Shown here piece after piece: positions 17,480-27,101 of a stretch of 61,372 nt of DNA (its first letter is position 1; every line of letters begins with the position of its first letter). The notes under the pieces were generated by a model. That model saw nothing but the letters and a program-made list of their open reading frames with translations. It made no database searches and was not told the origin of the DNA. The position numbers and the translations under genes were made by a program. Source of the DNA: a virus (taxonomy: Duplodnaviria; Caudoviricetes); the IMG/VR virus record IMGVR_UViG_3300021560_000002, positions 1-61,372 of that record; one strand, 5' to 3'.

Positions 17480-17715
17480 CGCGGGACGGCGTCGCGGGAC
17501 GGCGCCCCTTTTTACCTATATATATTATGTGTGGGACTTGGGACTAACTCCCTCAACTCCAATCCTCTCTATAATATCTGGCGTCCCACGACCATTGGGA
17601 CGATGTGGGACTTGGGACTAACTTTTGGGACTTGGGACTAATTGGGACTAGCGTTTGGGACGCCGAAGTCCTGCGATTACATAGACATGAGCCAGTTAGT
17701 CCCAAAATCCCACCA
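17480..17715. repeat. GGGAC(T) iteron array with AT-rich patch, candidate replication origin
   Basis: Nine TGGGAC copies (three as GGGACTTGGGACTAA), two CGGGAC, two inverted GTCCCA; AT tract at about 17508-17530; lies between convergent genes. Confidence 0.7.
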
Positions 17716-17743
17716 CCCTATCATCACACAGCGGCGAGTAACA

Positions 17744-17983
17744 TTACCGCTGAGTAATTATTCCGTCCTCGGTGACGTCGGCGCTGGAGCGTCCTAGTAC
17801 CTCTCGCTGACACCGCGCGCATACCCCGTGCGTCGTACCGCCCGACGCCTCCTGCCGCCAGCGTCGGCAGCCGTCGCAGCGTCCCCACCAGACGATAAGC
17901 CAGGCGCGTCGCAGGAACCTGCCGCCGCAAATGTGACACTTCGCCGCGTAGGGGAGGCCGCACCAGGCGCAGGCGGCGATCAC
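17744..17983 (-). CDS. Small Zn-finger protein
   Basis: CAWC, CHIC, CDGC, THGVCARC; GTGA overlap start. Confidence 0.65.
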   Translation of the reverse strand: MIAACAWCGLPYAAKCHICGGRFLRRAWLIVWWGRCDGCRRWRQEASGGTTHGVCARCQREVLGRSSADVTEDGIITQR

Positions 17984-18282
17984 TGAGCACCGCCGCGACC
18001 GCCGCCGCCGGGATCCTCGCGCAGACGGAAGTACCACCACCATTCCTCGGCCTCGCGCGACCAGTCCCGGCGCAGCTCCCACTCGCGGTACAGCTCAAGG
18101 CAGGAGTCGCCGGGGTAGACGACTAGCGCGATGCCGCCGTAGACAAACGAGAGCCCGCGGCCGACGGTATCGGCAGCGTCGCACATGAACGCGATGGCGT
18201 CGCCGATCGACAGCGGACCCGGCGAGCCGGGTGCGGGCGTGCGCGACGCTCCGTTGCCCTCAGATACCCCGCCCGCGCTCAC
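17980..18282 (-). CDS. Hypothetical protein
   Basis: GTGA overlaps; operon packing. Confidence 0.5.
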   Translation of the reverse strand: MSAGGVSEGNGASRTPAPGSPGPLSIGDAIAFMCDAADTVGRGLSFVYGGIALVVYPGDSCLELYREWELRRDWSREAEEWWWYFRLREDPGGGGRGGAQ

Positions 18283-18569
18283 GGCAGCCATCCTGTGACC
18301 TTGGCCGCCGTCCGCAGCGCCCACCACACCACGACGAGCGCTGCGACGCCGCAGACGCCCGCTAACGCCAATACGCCCCTTGCAGACTTCATGTCTCCGC
18401 CTCCGTTGGACCTCTTAGACCTCTCGGACTCCCAAGCCCTACTGCGCCCCCACCAGTGCAAACGTCAGCCAGATTGCCCCATACACCACCGCCGATGCGA
18501 CGATTACGTAGGCGACGAAGCGCACCAGGTCAAGCGTTGTCGGGGACATGCTTGGTTTTTCGTCAGCGT

Positions 18570-19085
18570 TCATGGCCGTCTCTCCACTTTGTCAATCGCA
18601 TTCGTCGCGACGGTCACATAATTCCTGATAAGATTCTTCAGTTTCCCTACTGTCCACTTTTCACCGGCACCCGTAAATCCGCCATTGGCCGCTCGATGCA
18701 GACCATCTGCGATGAACGTCAAAGTGGCCAGCAATTCCGGCGCCGCCGCGATCAGCTTCGCATTCACTCCCGCAAACGGATGAGCGGCTGGAATTTTTGC
18801 AACCCATTGGACGCCATCGGAGATGCCAATAACGTCCGGCGAGATAACCTCTTGCGTCCATGATCGCGACCGATACTCTGCTAGTAGCGCCTCGTAACGG
18901 TCCCATCCCGCGTCAAGAGCCTCACCGAGAGTCATGTCGCCTATTCGTCCTATTCGCTTCGTCTCATTCGCCATTTCGTCCCTCACCTGCCGATTTGTCT
19001 CTTGCTGACGCGCTGAATACCTGTTCGCGTCTCGATCCGCCGCCTGCCTGACCTCATTCATCCGTTGCTCGTGCGTCTTCGCCAT
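18570..19085 (-). CDS. Hypothetical phage protein (NAxLIAAAPELL family)
   Basis: NAKLIAAAPELLATL motif; GGAGG SD. Confidence 0.7.
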   Translation of the reverse strand: MAKTHEQRMNEVRQAADRDANRYSARQQETNRQVRDEMANETKRIGRIGDMTLGEALDAGWDRYEALLAEYRSRSWTQEVISPDVIGISDGVQWVAKIPAAHPFAGVNAKLIAAAPELLATLTFIADGLHRAANGGFTGAGEKWTVGKLKNLIRNYVTVATNAIDKVERRP

Positions 19086-19159
19086 TTTCACGCCTCCCTT
19101 TCGTCGCCCTTTGAAAAGGACGTGTCCCGTCCGATTCACCGCTCCCGCTACGTCTACCG

Positions 19160-19390
19160 CTATTCGACCGCCTCCACCTTAATCGCGCCTGTCTCGTCGC
19201 CGTTCACGTCATATAAGCGCCGTGACGTGAAGTTACGTTCGACTCCTACCTTGTTATAACCATCGACACGTTCCGCCACGTCTCTCAAAATACGTGCCAC
19301 TTCCGACCCGCACGTGACATCGAATGCAGCATTGTCCATTTGAATCCGAATCGTCATTCGCATCGTCCATACCCTCCGCCACGCTCTCAT
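19160..19390 (-). CDS. Hypothetical phage protein
   Basis: I.I.MDNAAF....EVARILR..A....LYDVNG..G pattern; start uncertain. Confidence 0.7.
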   Translation of the reverse strand: MRAWRRVWTMRMTIRIQMDNAAFDVTCGSEVARILRDVAERVDGYNKVGVERNFTSRRLYDVNGDETGAIKVEAVE

Positions 19391-19665
19391 CTCTGGCCGC
19401 CGTCTGAAAGCGTGTCGCAGCGCACGGCTACAAACCTATCGTTCACAATCAGCGCAGCACGGCCATCCGTACTTCGACACCTCGAACGGTAATGCGCTTG
19501 TCGTGTGAACTCCACAGAACACGCATCGTTCCGGCGCGTACAGTCCCAAGCGGCAATACAGCCAATCAACGGCCTTGCGGTATAACGTCAGCATCGTCCT
19601 CTCCCTCCTCAGTGCACGCCTGACGTGCATACGGCGGTCGCCACGCGCCGTTTCGGGATCCTCTG

Positions 19666-20115
19666 TTAGTGCGCGTCCAACGTCTCCGCGTCCTTGTAAT
19701 ACTCCGCTAGCGCCTCAACCGCCAACTCCGCTTCGATCACGCGCCGGTATTCGTCCGTGGCGTCGTCTACGCATCCGACAGACGCGATAACGTCGCCATC
19801 CCCATCGCGCAGCAAGCAGCATTCGCACGTTCGCGGATTGTTGAGATACGATTCGGAACTAAACTCGTTTACGTGGTCTCCCACGCGCCAGTCGTCATGC
19901 CATTCAAATCCCCACCCGTCAATCCGCTTTGCGTTCGCTTCCGCCGCTGCTAGCTCCCGCGCGCAGCGAATCCGTCCTTGCGCCTCTGTCTCCGTCTCCG
20001 GCTGATAGCTATATCCCGCGTGCTCCCAGAAGAACATTTCATCGCGCGATAGCAAGCGCTCCGCCTGCTTCCGCTCCTTCGCTTCCTTGCTCCGTCCCTG
20101 TTTCCGAGTGTCCAT
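19666..20115 (-). CDS. Hypothetical phage early protein
   Basis: FFWEHAGYSY...CARELAAAE...YRRVIEAELA; first gene after the strong leftward promoter. Confidence 0.75.
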   Translation of the reverse strand: MDTRKQGRSKEAKERKQAERLLSRDEMFFWEHAGYSYQPETETEAQGRIRCARELAAAEANAKRIDGWGFEWHDDWRVGDHVNEFSSESYLNNPRTCECCLLRDGDGDVIASVGCVDDATDEYRRVIEAELAVEALAEYYKDAETLDAH

Positions 20116-20217
20116 TAGCGTTCCCTCGTCTCTCCCGCGCCGTCGCCAATCGTCCCGGCGATTCGGTGGCTTACGTCTCGTATCCCGCCTAGCGTCCTGC
20201 TCAGCACCACGCTACGC

Positions 20218-20246
20218 ACTGTAGTATGCGCAGTATCAGCAGTCAA
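20218..20246 (-). promoter_or_regulatory. Strong leftward (early) sigma70 promoter
   Basis: TTGACT-N17-TACAGT upstream of the whole minus-strand arm. Confidence 0.65.
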
Positions 20247-20877
20247 GAGAAAAATAGTCCCAGTACGCGGAAAAGTTATCAGCGGTCTGTGGAAATGTGG
20301 ACGATAATGGCCGCTGACGTGCTATGCGACGCCGACCGCGACCGCAACCGCGACTCTCAGGGAAGAAACGTTACCGATTGCCTAAATACCGGCATGGACT
20401 ATGCGGAGATTGGCGAGCGGCCGAAATGTCGGCACGCCGACAATTTGTCTCCCCTGCCAGAATGTTCCGGCACTAGCGCGACGCATCGGACGGCGAAACA
20501 CGGCACTAGTACTGGGCCTAGCGATGACTAGGCGATGACTCGGATACAGCGTAGTCCCACGACTGCTAGTACTCTCGACGTGTATACAATCGTATACACT
20601 CACGCCGCGCCGACGACGCTCGCCGCTCCCCGCTGCGACGCCGCGACGATGCGCACGCTCGACGCCGCCGGCTTGGTCGACGCGATCGAGCTGGACGCCG
20701 ACGTTGACCGCGAGTTGTCCGTCGAGGGGGTGGGGGTGGAGTAGGACGTGACCGCGCCCGCCCTCGCTCACCTTTTTCACATTTTTATTTTCGTCGGAGT
20801 CGGCGTCGGGGGCGTCGGCGTCGCCACCATCACTATCGTCGCCGTCGGAGTCGTCGCCTTCGCGTCGGTACTAGACC

Positions 20878-20907
20878 TTGACAGACCATCGCGTGTCGTG
20901 CTATTCG
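20878..20907 (+). promoter_or_regulatory. Rightward promoter of the packaging operon
   Basis: TTGACA-N18-TATTCG with TG; ATG follows at 20915 with no SD (possibly leaderless). Confidence 0.5.
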
Positions 20908-20914
20908 TCCCGCC

Positions 20915-21664
20915 ATGACCAAGACTTCCGCTTCCGCTGCGCCCTCCCGCGTTCCCACCGTATCAGACCGTATCAACTTGCTGCGACGGCAGATAGCGGC
21001 GTTGCAGTCGGAGATTGTGGCGCTGGGAGGCGACGCAACGGCGCTGCCCGTCTGGGACTGCCTGCGCTGCCAGCATCAGTGGCGGGCGACGACGACCACG
21101 GTGCCGAAGCAGTGCCCGAAGTGCCGAACGCCGTACTGGGACCGTCCGCGAGGTCAGTCGCAGGCGCGGCGTGGCTCTGAGCAAGTGCCGGAGGTGCGCG
21201 GCGGCAGGGTGGACGCAGCGATGGGCGTGGCGACGGCGGAGGTGAAGACGGAGGTGGCGGTCACCGGGCGCAGGCCGCAGCCGACGCCAGAGCCGATCGC
21301 AGCAGCGCCTAGGACGCCTGTTCCACCGCCTAATGTGTTGGGGCTGGGCGCTGTGGACGCCGCCGACGCCGACTACGCTGCGGGAGTCATCCCGTTGCCA
21401 CCAGCGCCCGAGCCGACGTATCATCCAGCGGAACGGGCGCAATTGACGGAGGAGCGCGCCATCGAGGAATACACCAGCCAGCGTAACGCTATCGAGAGGG
21501 AGAACGCAGATGATATCGCAGACGCCAACGACTCAGCCGACGCCGACACAGAAGATTCCGACGACGCCGTACTGGCCGCAGCCGAGGATGACGCCGCCTC
21601 CGACGAGACTAGCGTCGTCGTCGAAGACGTCACCCGCAGCGCCCGCAGCGCCGACGCCGACTGA
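20915..21664 (+). CDS. Zn-ribbon protein with acidic tail
   Basis: CLRCQHQW...PKQCPKCRTPYWDRP; D/E/A-rich C-terminus. Confidence 0.75.
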   Translation: MTKTSASAAPSRVPTVSDRINLLRRQIAALQSEIVALGGDATALPVWDCLRCQHQWRATTTTVPKQCPKCRTPYWDRPRGQSQARRGSEQVPEVRGGRVDAAMGVATAEVKTEVAVTGRRPQPTPEPIAAAPRTPVPPPNVLGLGAVDAADADYAAGVIPLPPAPEPTYHPAERAQLTEERAIEEYTSQRNAIERENADDIADANDSADADTEDSDDAVLAAAEDDAASDETSVVVEDVTRSARSADAD

Positions 21665-22017
21665 CGCCTCGGCTCCCGCTGCTCGCGTCGTCGCCCGGCA
21701 GAACGCATCGTCCCGCGGCGTTGACGCTTACATCGCTCGGCGCTTCCTCGTCCGCTGGAAGGCGTGGGTGGCCATCGACGCCGCGCGCCGGGGAGCCGAC
21801 GCCAACGCCGCCATCGCCCACGCCGAAGCCGTTCACTACCGCCGAATGCAGCGGCTGCGCGCCATTGGCCTTCGCCGCCTGACCTTTCGCCTGGACGTAT
21901 CCGGCATCGACGACCCTCGCTTGGACGACGCCCACTTCAACTCGCTTCTTGCCGGACTCGTAGGACAACGAATCGCCCGGAACGCCCAGCGCTCCGCGGA
22001 TAAAAGGAGAACGCGCC

Positions 22018-22647
22018 GTGCCAACCGCCCGTGAAGTGGTACAGAACCGTCCGCTCGCCGCGTCGGAACTCCGCCGTCTCATCGCCGCCGACTTCGAGCG
22101 CCTGCTCGACGGCTTAGGCATCCTCAACACCTTCGTCGCCTTCGGCCGCGTGGGCTTCGATCTCCGCATCGCCATCCACACCGACAACGCGATGTCGCCC
22201 GAGCATACGATCGAGGTGCATTCGCTGCGCCGCGCCAAGCAGGAGGTGGAGGCGGATCCGGCGCTGGCCGCCGTCGAGACTCCTCCGCTCGCCGATGCCT
22301 CCGCCGACGCCGTCGTGTTCGCCGCCGAACGTTCCCGCCGCATCTCCTCGCCCAACGCCGAGCGTCTGCGCGCCGGACTCCCCGTCACCGTATTCGCACG
22401 AGCCGAAGACGGCAGCCGGGTGGACCACGAGGTCAGCTATCCCGCCGACTCCGCCGCAGGCGACGGAGACGTCACCGATAAGCCGGGGGACGTGGCCGCG
22501 GCCGAGGCGCGCGCGCGCTGGGGACTGCCTCCGCTGGGTGCGGCTCCGGTTGCCACCTCCGCCGTGGCTCCGGCGCCTGCCGTCGAAGTCGTCGAGTCCG
22601 TCACCCCCGCCGACGCCGCTGCCGCTGACCGAGCCGCTGGCGTCTGA
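22018..22647 (+). CDS. Hypothetical protein
   Basis: AAGGAG SD before GTG; codon style typical of the genome core. Confidence 0.7.
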   Translation: MPTAREVVQNRPLAASELRRLIAADFERLLDGLGILNTFVAFGRVGFDLRIAIHTDNAMSPEHTIEVHSLRRAKQEVEADPALAAVETPPLADASADAVVFAAERSRRISSPNAERLRAGLPVTVFARAEDGSRVDHEVSYPADSAAGDGDVTDKPGDVAAAEARARWGLPPLGAAPVATSAVAPAPAVEVVESVTPADAAAADRAAGV

Positions 22648-22668
22648 CGCCGCTGAGGCCCGCCGCCC

Positions 22669-22968
22669 GTGTTCCGATCGCTCCGCGCGTTCCGTCTCTA
22701 CCGGCTGCTGCGGCGGCTCGTCCGCTCGCTCGACGCCATTGCCGACTCCCATCGCCGCATTGCCGACTCGCTGGCCACGCTTGTCGCCGCACAGCAGACG
22801 CCGTCGCAGCCACGGCCGAAGCCGCAGCCGATGGTCTTCGGCGAACTTTCGATCTCCGAGGCGTCGTTGGAATGGGAGCGCCGGCGCGCTGTCGAGGCGG
22901 TGGGCATCGACCCCGACTACGGACGTGACGAGCGCGCCGGTCGCTCCGGGCGTGGGCCCGTAGCCTGA
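22669..22968 (+). CDS. Hypothetical protein
   Basis: GAGG SD; TGATG coupling to the next gene. Confidence 0.55.
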   Translation: MFRSLRAFRLYRLLRRLVRSLDAIADSHRRIADSLATLVAAQQTPSQPRPKPQPMVFGELSISEASLEWERRRAVEAVGIDPDYGRDERAGRSGRGPVA

Positions 22969-23777
22969 TGTCCGCCGCCGTCACCGTCGAAACCCTTCGC
23001 GACCGGGCCTACGCCGCTCTCGGCGTCACCCGCGAGCAGGTCTGGGCCGTGCCGTGCGTGACCCCGCAGATCCGGCAGCAGATGGCCGAGCTGCGCCGCG
23101 CCGACCGCACTGCCTCCGACGGACGCCGTACGCCCTCCGAGCCCATCTACTACGTTAATTGTTCCGACGATCCCGAAGCCCGGCGCTTCCGGGAAGCATG
23201 GTACACGCTGCCAAAGTCGCACCGAAAGATCGTGCCGCTCGAGGCCTACTGCGTCGCCGCCGGCATCTCGCCGATCCGGCTGCTCTCGATCATCGCGGCG
23301 TCGATCGTCCGGCTGAACGCCTCGGCGTCGGCCGTGCTCGCCGCCTCAGCTCATCCGCGCGTCGTGCGCAAGACGATTGAGATGGCCATGACCGACTACG
23401 GCGAAGCCGACCGCGCAACGCTCCACAAAGCCGTGGGCTTCCTGCCGACGCCCAAGGGCACGCAGATTTCCATAAACGCCACGGCGAACGCGCAGGCTCA
23501 GGCCGCAGCGGCTGCTGCTGCCATCCCCGCGCCGCCGCCGGAGGCTACTATCCGCAGGCTCGCCGAGCGGCTGAACGCCGCGCGCGGACTCCCCGCCGCG
23601 CAGCCGTCGGCCCTCTCCGCCGTCGACGCCGCATCCGCGCTTCCCTCCCCTGCCGCCGAAGTCATCCAGATGCCGACGCCGACCTACGTCTCCCGGCCCG
23701 ACGACTCGGGGTGGGACGACGCCGACGCTGACGCCGAGTCCGACTCCGCCGACGGCTGCTCCGACGCCGATGTATAG
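22968..23777 (+). CDS. Putative terminase small subunit
   Basis: Directly upstream of and overlapping TerL; helical; ..GFLPTPKG.QISIN segment. The call is positional. Confidence 0.5.
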   Translation: MSAAVTVETLRDRAYAALGVTREQVWAVPCVTPQIRQQMAELRRADRTASDGRRTPSEPIYYVNCSDDPEARRFREAWYTLPKSHRKIVPLEAYCVAAGISPIRLLSIIAASIVRLNASASAVLAASAHPRVVRKTIEMAMTDYGEADRATLHKAVGFLPTPKGTQISINATANAQAQAAAAAAAIPAPPPEATIRRLAERLNAARGLPAAQPSALSAVDAASALPSPAAEVIQMPTPTYVSRPDDSGWDDADADAESDSADGCSDADV

Positions 23778-25989
23778 TCGCTCAAAAGTCTCCGAACGCA
23801 TCGCCATCGCCGAAGCTGAGTTTGGCTTCTCCCTCGAACCGCACACTGTCGCCGAGGTGGACGCCTTCGACGCGCATCTAGTCGCCAGCGGGATGTACGA
23901 ATTCGACGACTCTGGCCGTCCATCCGCCGTCGTCCGCCTCTCTGACCTCGAGCGCGAGTGGATTCAGAACGAGCAGGCGCTGGTGCTGTGCGACGCCGAC
24001 TATTTCCTGTCCCATTATGCCTATATCAAGGACGAGCAGAACGTCATTCGCAGGTTCCAGTTCCGCACGCCGCAGCGGCTGCTCTATGAGATTATCGCTG
24101 GGCTGGAGGAGCGCGACGCCGCGATCGAAGTCATGATTTTGAAGGCGCGGCAGCTCGGCATGTCCACGCTGGTCGAGCTGCTCATCGCCCACCGCATCAT
24201 CTTCGGCTACGGCGTCAACGCCATCATCGGCTCGGCCGACCAAACCAAGACGGCGCTGATGGCCAACATGCTGTTCCTGTGCTACGACTACCTTCCGGTG
24301 TGGCTGCGTCCGCAGTGGACCCGGCGCGTCGAGTCCGACCGCGGGATGCTGGTCTTCGGCGCGTCCTCGTCCGGCGTCTCGTTCCAACACGGCGCGCAGG
24401 CTTCCGGAATCGCTCGCGGCACGACGCCCACGGTCTATCACCTGTCCGAGTGCGCGAGTTTCACCGATCCTGTCAATCAGATCGAAGCGTCGCTGTTTCG
24501 CGCCGTCCATGCGTCGCCAAACGTCTTCGGCATCCTCGAATCGACCGGCGAAGGCGACAAGGGTTGGTGGCCGGACACCTGGCGTCACGCTAAATCCAAC
24601 TGGCATCTGAACCGCGCACGCCTGTGCCCGCTATTCCTCCCCTGGTTCTGCGGCACCGACATCTACCCAACGCCGACGTGGATTGGCCAACGCCCGGTTC
24701 CAGCCGACTGGCGTCCGAACCGCGACACCCGCGAGCACGTCGCCAAGGCGGAACTCTACGTCCGCTCGTCTCCGCTGCTGTCACGTCACCTCGGCTCGGC
24801 GTGGCGGATGCCCCAGGCGCAGCAATGGTTCTGGGAAGTCGAGCACGAACAGGCCAAGGCGAAGGGTATCGAGTCTGTCTTCCTGCAGGAGATGGCGGGC
24901 GACGACGAAGAAGCGCTGCAGCGTTCGGTCGAGTCCGTCTTCGGGCACGAGACCATCGCCGAGATCTCCGCTACGCGCAACCGCGACTACGCCGTCTATG
25001 GACTCTCCGGACAGTCCATCGAAGACGACCACGAGCCGCCGCCTGACGACATCGACTACAACGCCGAGCGCATCCCGGTGCGCTACCAGTCGAAGAAGGC
25101 AGGCGCGGCCCCGTATCTCTGGGAGCTCATACCGCTGACCTTTTCGACGCCGCTGCGCGAGAACAACCCAGACGACGCCATAGGCAAGCTCATCGTCTTC
25201 CGGCCTCCGGCTCCCGGAGTCTCCTACTCGATCGGTGTTGACACCGGCGGCGGAAAGGGCGAGGACTCCACCGTCGTCTCCGTTTGGTCCATCGGCGCGC
25301 GCGGCCTCCCCGACATCCAAGCCGCCGAGTTCGCCTCTCCCTACGTCAATCACGTCGAGGCGTTCTCGTTTGTCTTCGCCATCGCCGCCTACTACGGCCA
25401 GTTCATGCGCGAGGGGATGACGCCTGAGTACCGCTGGCAGATGCCGTACCTGACCGTCGAGCAGGTTGAAGCCGTGGGAGACGTCTGTCAGCTCCAATGC
25501 ATTCGCATGGGCTATCCCGTGCGCAGCGTCCATGTCTTCACGCGGCTCGACTCTTCTCCCGCGCGCATCGCCCGGCAGAAGAAGACGGCGACCAAGCTCG
25601 GCTGGTATACCTACGGCTGGTCGCGGCCCATCCTGACCACCACCTTCGTCAACTCCGCCAAGAACAACTGGATCAAGATCAACTCGCCGTGGCTGGTCGA
25701 GGAGATGCGCCACTTCGAGGTGCATTCGACGGCGACGGGCAAGGAAAAGCTGGAGCACGAGGAAGGCGAGCACGACGACCGCATCTTCGCCGCCGCGATG
25801 GCGACGACGGCCCCCCACCTCACCGAGGACATGTCCGAGCGGTCGAAGAAGCGGCCGACAGAGGCCGCCGGACTCCCCCTGCTCGACCTTGCGCCGTACC
25901 GCGGGGGCGTCGTTTCGGCCGCCGACATCCGCCGCACCGCAAAATCCGCTAGCGAGTCGTGGGAAAGTCTGGTATACGGAGGCAGATGA
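23770..25989 (+). CDS. terL: Terminase large subunit
   Basis: ILKARQLGMST Walker A, HLSECA Walker B, LESTG, IGVDTGGG..EDST and HDDRIFA nuclease motifs. Confidence 0.95.
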   Translation: MYSRSKVSERIAIAEAEFGFSLEPHTVAEVDAFDAHLVASGMYEFDDSGRPSAVVRLSDLEREWIQNEQALVLCDADYFLSHYAYIKDEQNVIRRFQFRTPQRLLYEIIAGLEERDAAIEVMILKARQLGMSTLVELLIAHRIIFGYGVNAIIGSADQTKTALMANMLFLCYDYLPVWLRPQWTRRVESDRGMLVFGASSSGVSFQHGAQASGIARGTTPTVYHLSECASFTDPVNQIEASLFRAVHASPNVFGILESTGEGDKGWWPDTWRHAKSNWHLNRARLCPLFLPWFCGTDIYPTPTWIGQRPVPADWRPNRDTREHVAKAELYVRSSPLLSRHLGSAWRMPQAQQWFWEVEHEQAKAKGIESVFLQEMAGDDEEALQRSVESVFGHETIAEISATRNRDYAVYGLSGQSIEDDHEPPPDDIDYNAERIPVRYQSKKAGAAPYLWELIPLTFSTPLRENNPDDAIGKLIVFRPPAPGVSYSIGVDTGGGKGEDSTVVSVWSIGARGLPDIQAAEFASPYVNHVEAFSFVFAIAAYYGQFMREGMTPEYRWQMPYLTVEQVEAVGDVCQLQCIRMGYPVRSVHVFTRLDSSPARIARQKKTATKLGWYTYGWSRPILTTTFVNSAKNNWIKINSPWLVEEMRHFEVHSTATGKEKLEHEEGEHDDRIFAAAMATTAPHLTEDMSERSKKRPTEAAGLPLLDLAPYRGGVVSAADIRRTAKSASESWESLVYGGR

Positions 25990-26090
25990 TGTTCTACACA
26001 CTGATGGCGGTTTGGCTCGTGGCGTTCGCGCTATCCTACGCCGCGCTCGTGGCTATTCTTCTGCGGCGCGCGCGCCGGAGCCCCCGCTGA
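25986..26090 (+). CDS. Small membrane peptide (34 aa)
   Basis: MMFYTLMAVWLVAFALSYAALVAILLRRARRSPR; ATGA and TGATG couplings, GGAGG SD. Confidence 0.65.
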   Translation: MMFYTLMAVWLVAFALSYAALVAILLRRARRSPR

Positions 26091-26548
26091 TGGCAGGCGT
26101 GCTCAAGCCCGGCTGCATCGAAGCCGTAGAATACTTCGTGCGCAGCGACGGCCATCTCATCCTCGCTGCGTACTCCGGCCAGCCCGTGCCCGAGGGCTGC
26201 GTTCGCGAAGCCGCCGATACGCTGCACGCCGCCGAAGTCCTCGAGCGTAGGCTGGCCGAGCAGGACGCCCGTGAGCGCGCCGCCGAATACGACGGCTACG
26301 AAGCGTCCTTCGCCGCCTCTCGCCAGCGCGTCCGCGACAACCTCTCGGCGATTATGCAGTCGTCGGCGACGTCTCCGTGGGAGCGGGAGTTCATCGAACT
26401 CTGGTTCCGCGCGCGCGACGAGCGCCGGGAGAAATTCCGCCAGCGCTGGCTCGAGCGCACGACCTATCTCCACGCCCTGCACTTCGACACGCCGCGCGAC
26501 CGCCGCGTGGACGAGGAGCGAGTGAATCTCGACCGGGTTAACTTCTAG
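26090..26548 (+). CDS. Hypothetical protein
   Basis: TGATG-coupled start MAGVLKPG. Confidence 0.7.
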   Translation: MAGVLKPGCIEAVEYFVRSDGHLILAAYSGQPVPEGCVREAADTLHAAEVLERRLAEQDARERAAEYDGYEASFAASRQRVRDNLSAIMQSSATSPWEREFIELWFRARDERREKFRQRWLERTTYLHALHFDTPRDRRVDEERVNLDRVNF

Positions 26549-26554
26549 CCGACG

Positions 26555-27100
26555 ATGGCCGACAACGGACTATGCGAGTGCGGTTGTGGACAGAGGACGG
26601 CCATCGCTGACCGTAATCGGCGATCTCGGCGCTGGATAAAGGGGCAGCCTGTCCCGTTTATTCATGGACACAATCCGACGATTCCCTATCCGCAGCGGCT
26701 TCTGGGGTTCTGGGGAGGGTTTAAGACATTTCCCTCTCAAGGACTGCCTGATTGCGTAGAGTGGGGCCGTCTTGTTAGAACTAATGGGTACGGCGTGTCT
26801 GCCTCTATTTGTGGTGAGCGTCAGGTTCATCGAATAGCCTTCGTGTTGACATTTGGACAGCCGATTCCCAAGGATCGAGAGCTAGACCATCTCTGCCGCA
26901 ATAGGCTATGTGCCAATCCTTTTCACTTAGAGTTAGTCACGCGAAAGGTTAATTCTCGTCGTGGAGCTAAAGCGAAGCTGACTCAGGAACAAGCAGACGC
27001 TATAAAGTTGGATGCGCGGCCGACGCGAGAATTGGTTTCGCAGTACAACGTTAGTCGAGCTACGATTAAGGCCATTCGTCGCGGAGCTATCTGGAGTTAA
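26555..27100 (+). CDS. HNH homing endonuclease
   Basis: CECGCG, CVEW, GYG, VHRIAF, LDHLCRNRLCANPFHLE..T...N, HTH tail; lower GC. Confidence 0.92.
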   Translation: MADNGLCECGCGQRTAIADRNRRSRRWIKGQPVPFIHGHNPTIPYPQRLLGFWGGFKTFPSQGLPDCVEWGRLVRTNGYGVSASICGERQVHRIAFVLTFGQPIPKDRELDHLCRNRLCANPFHLELVTRKVNSRRGAKAKLTQEQADAIKLDARPTRELVSQYNVSRATIKAIRRGAIWS

Positions 27101-27101
27101 C

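Noticed and set aside
17480-17715. CRISPR or mini-array
   Set aside because: Units are 6-15 bp, irregularly spaced, with no unique spacers of constant length and no cas operon.
21510-22034. ORF between the Zn-ribbon gene and 22018
   Set aside because: Likely coding in its 3' part, but no defensible start codon or SD could be assigned, so it was not called.
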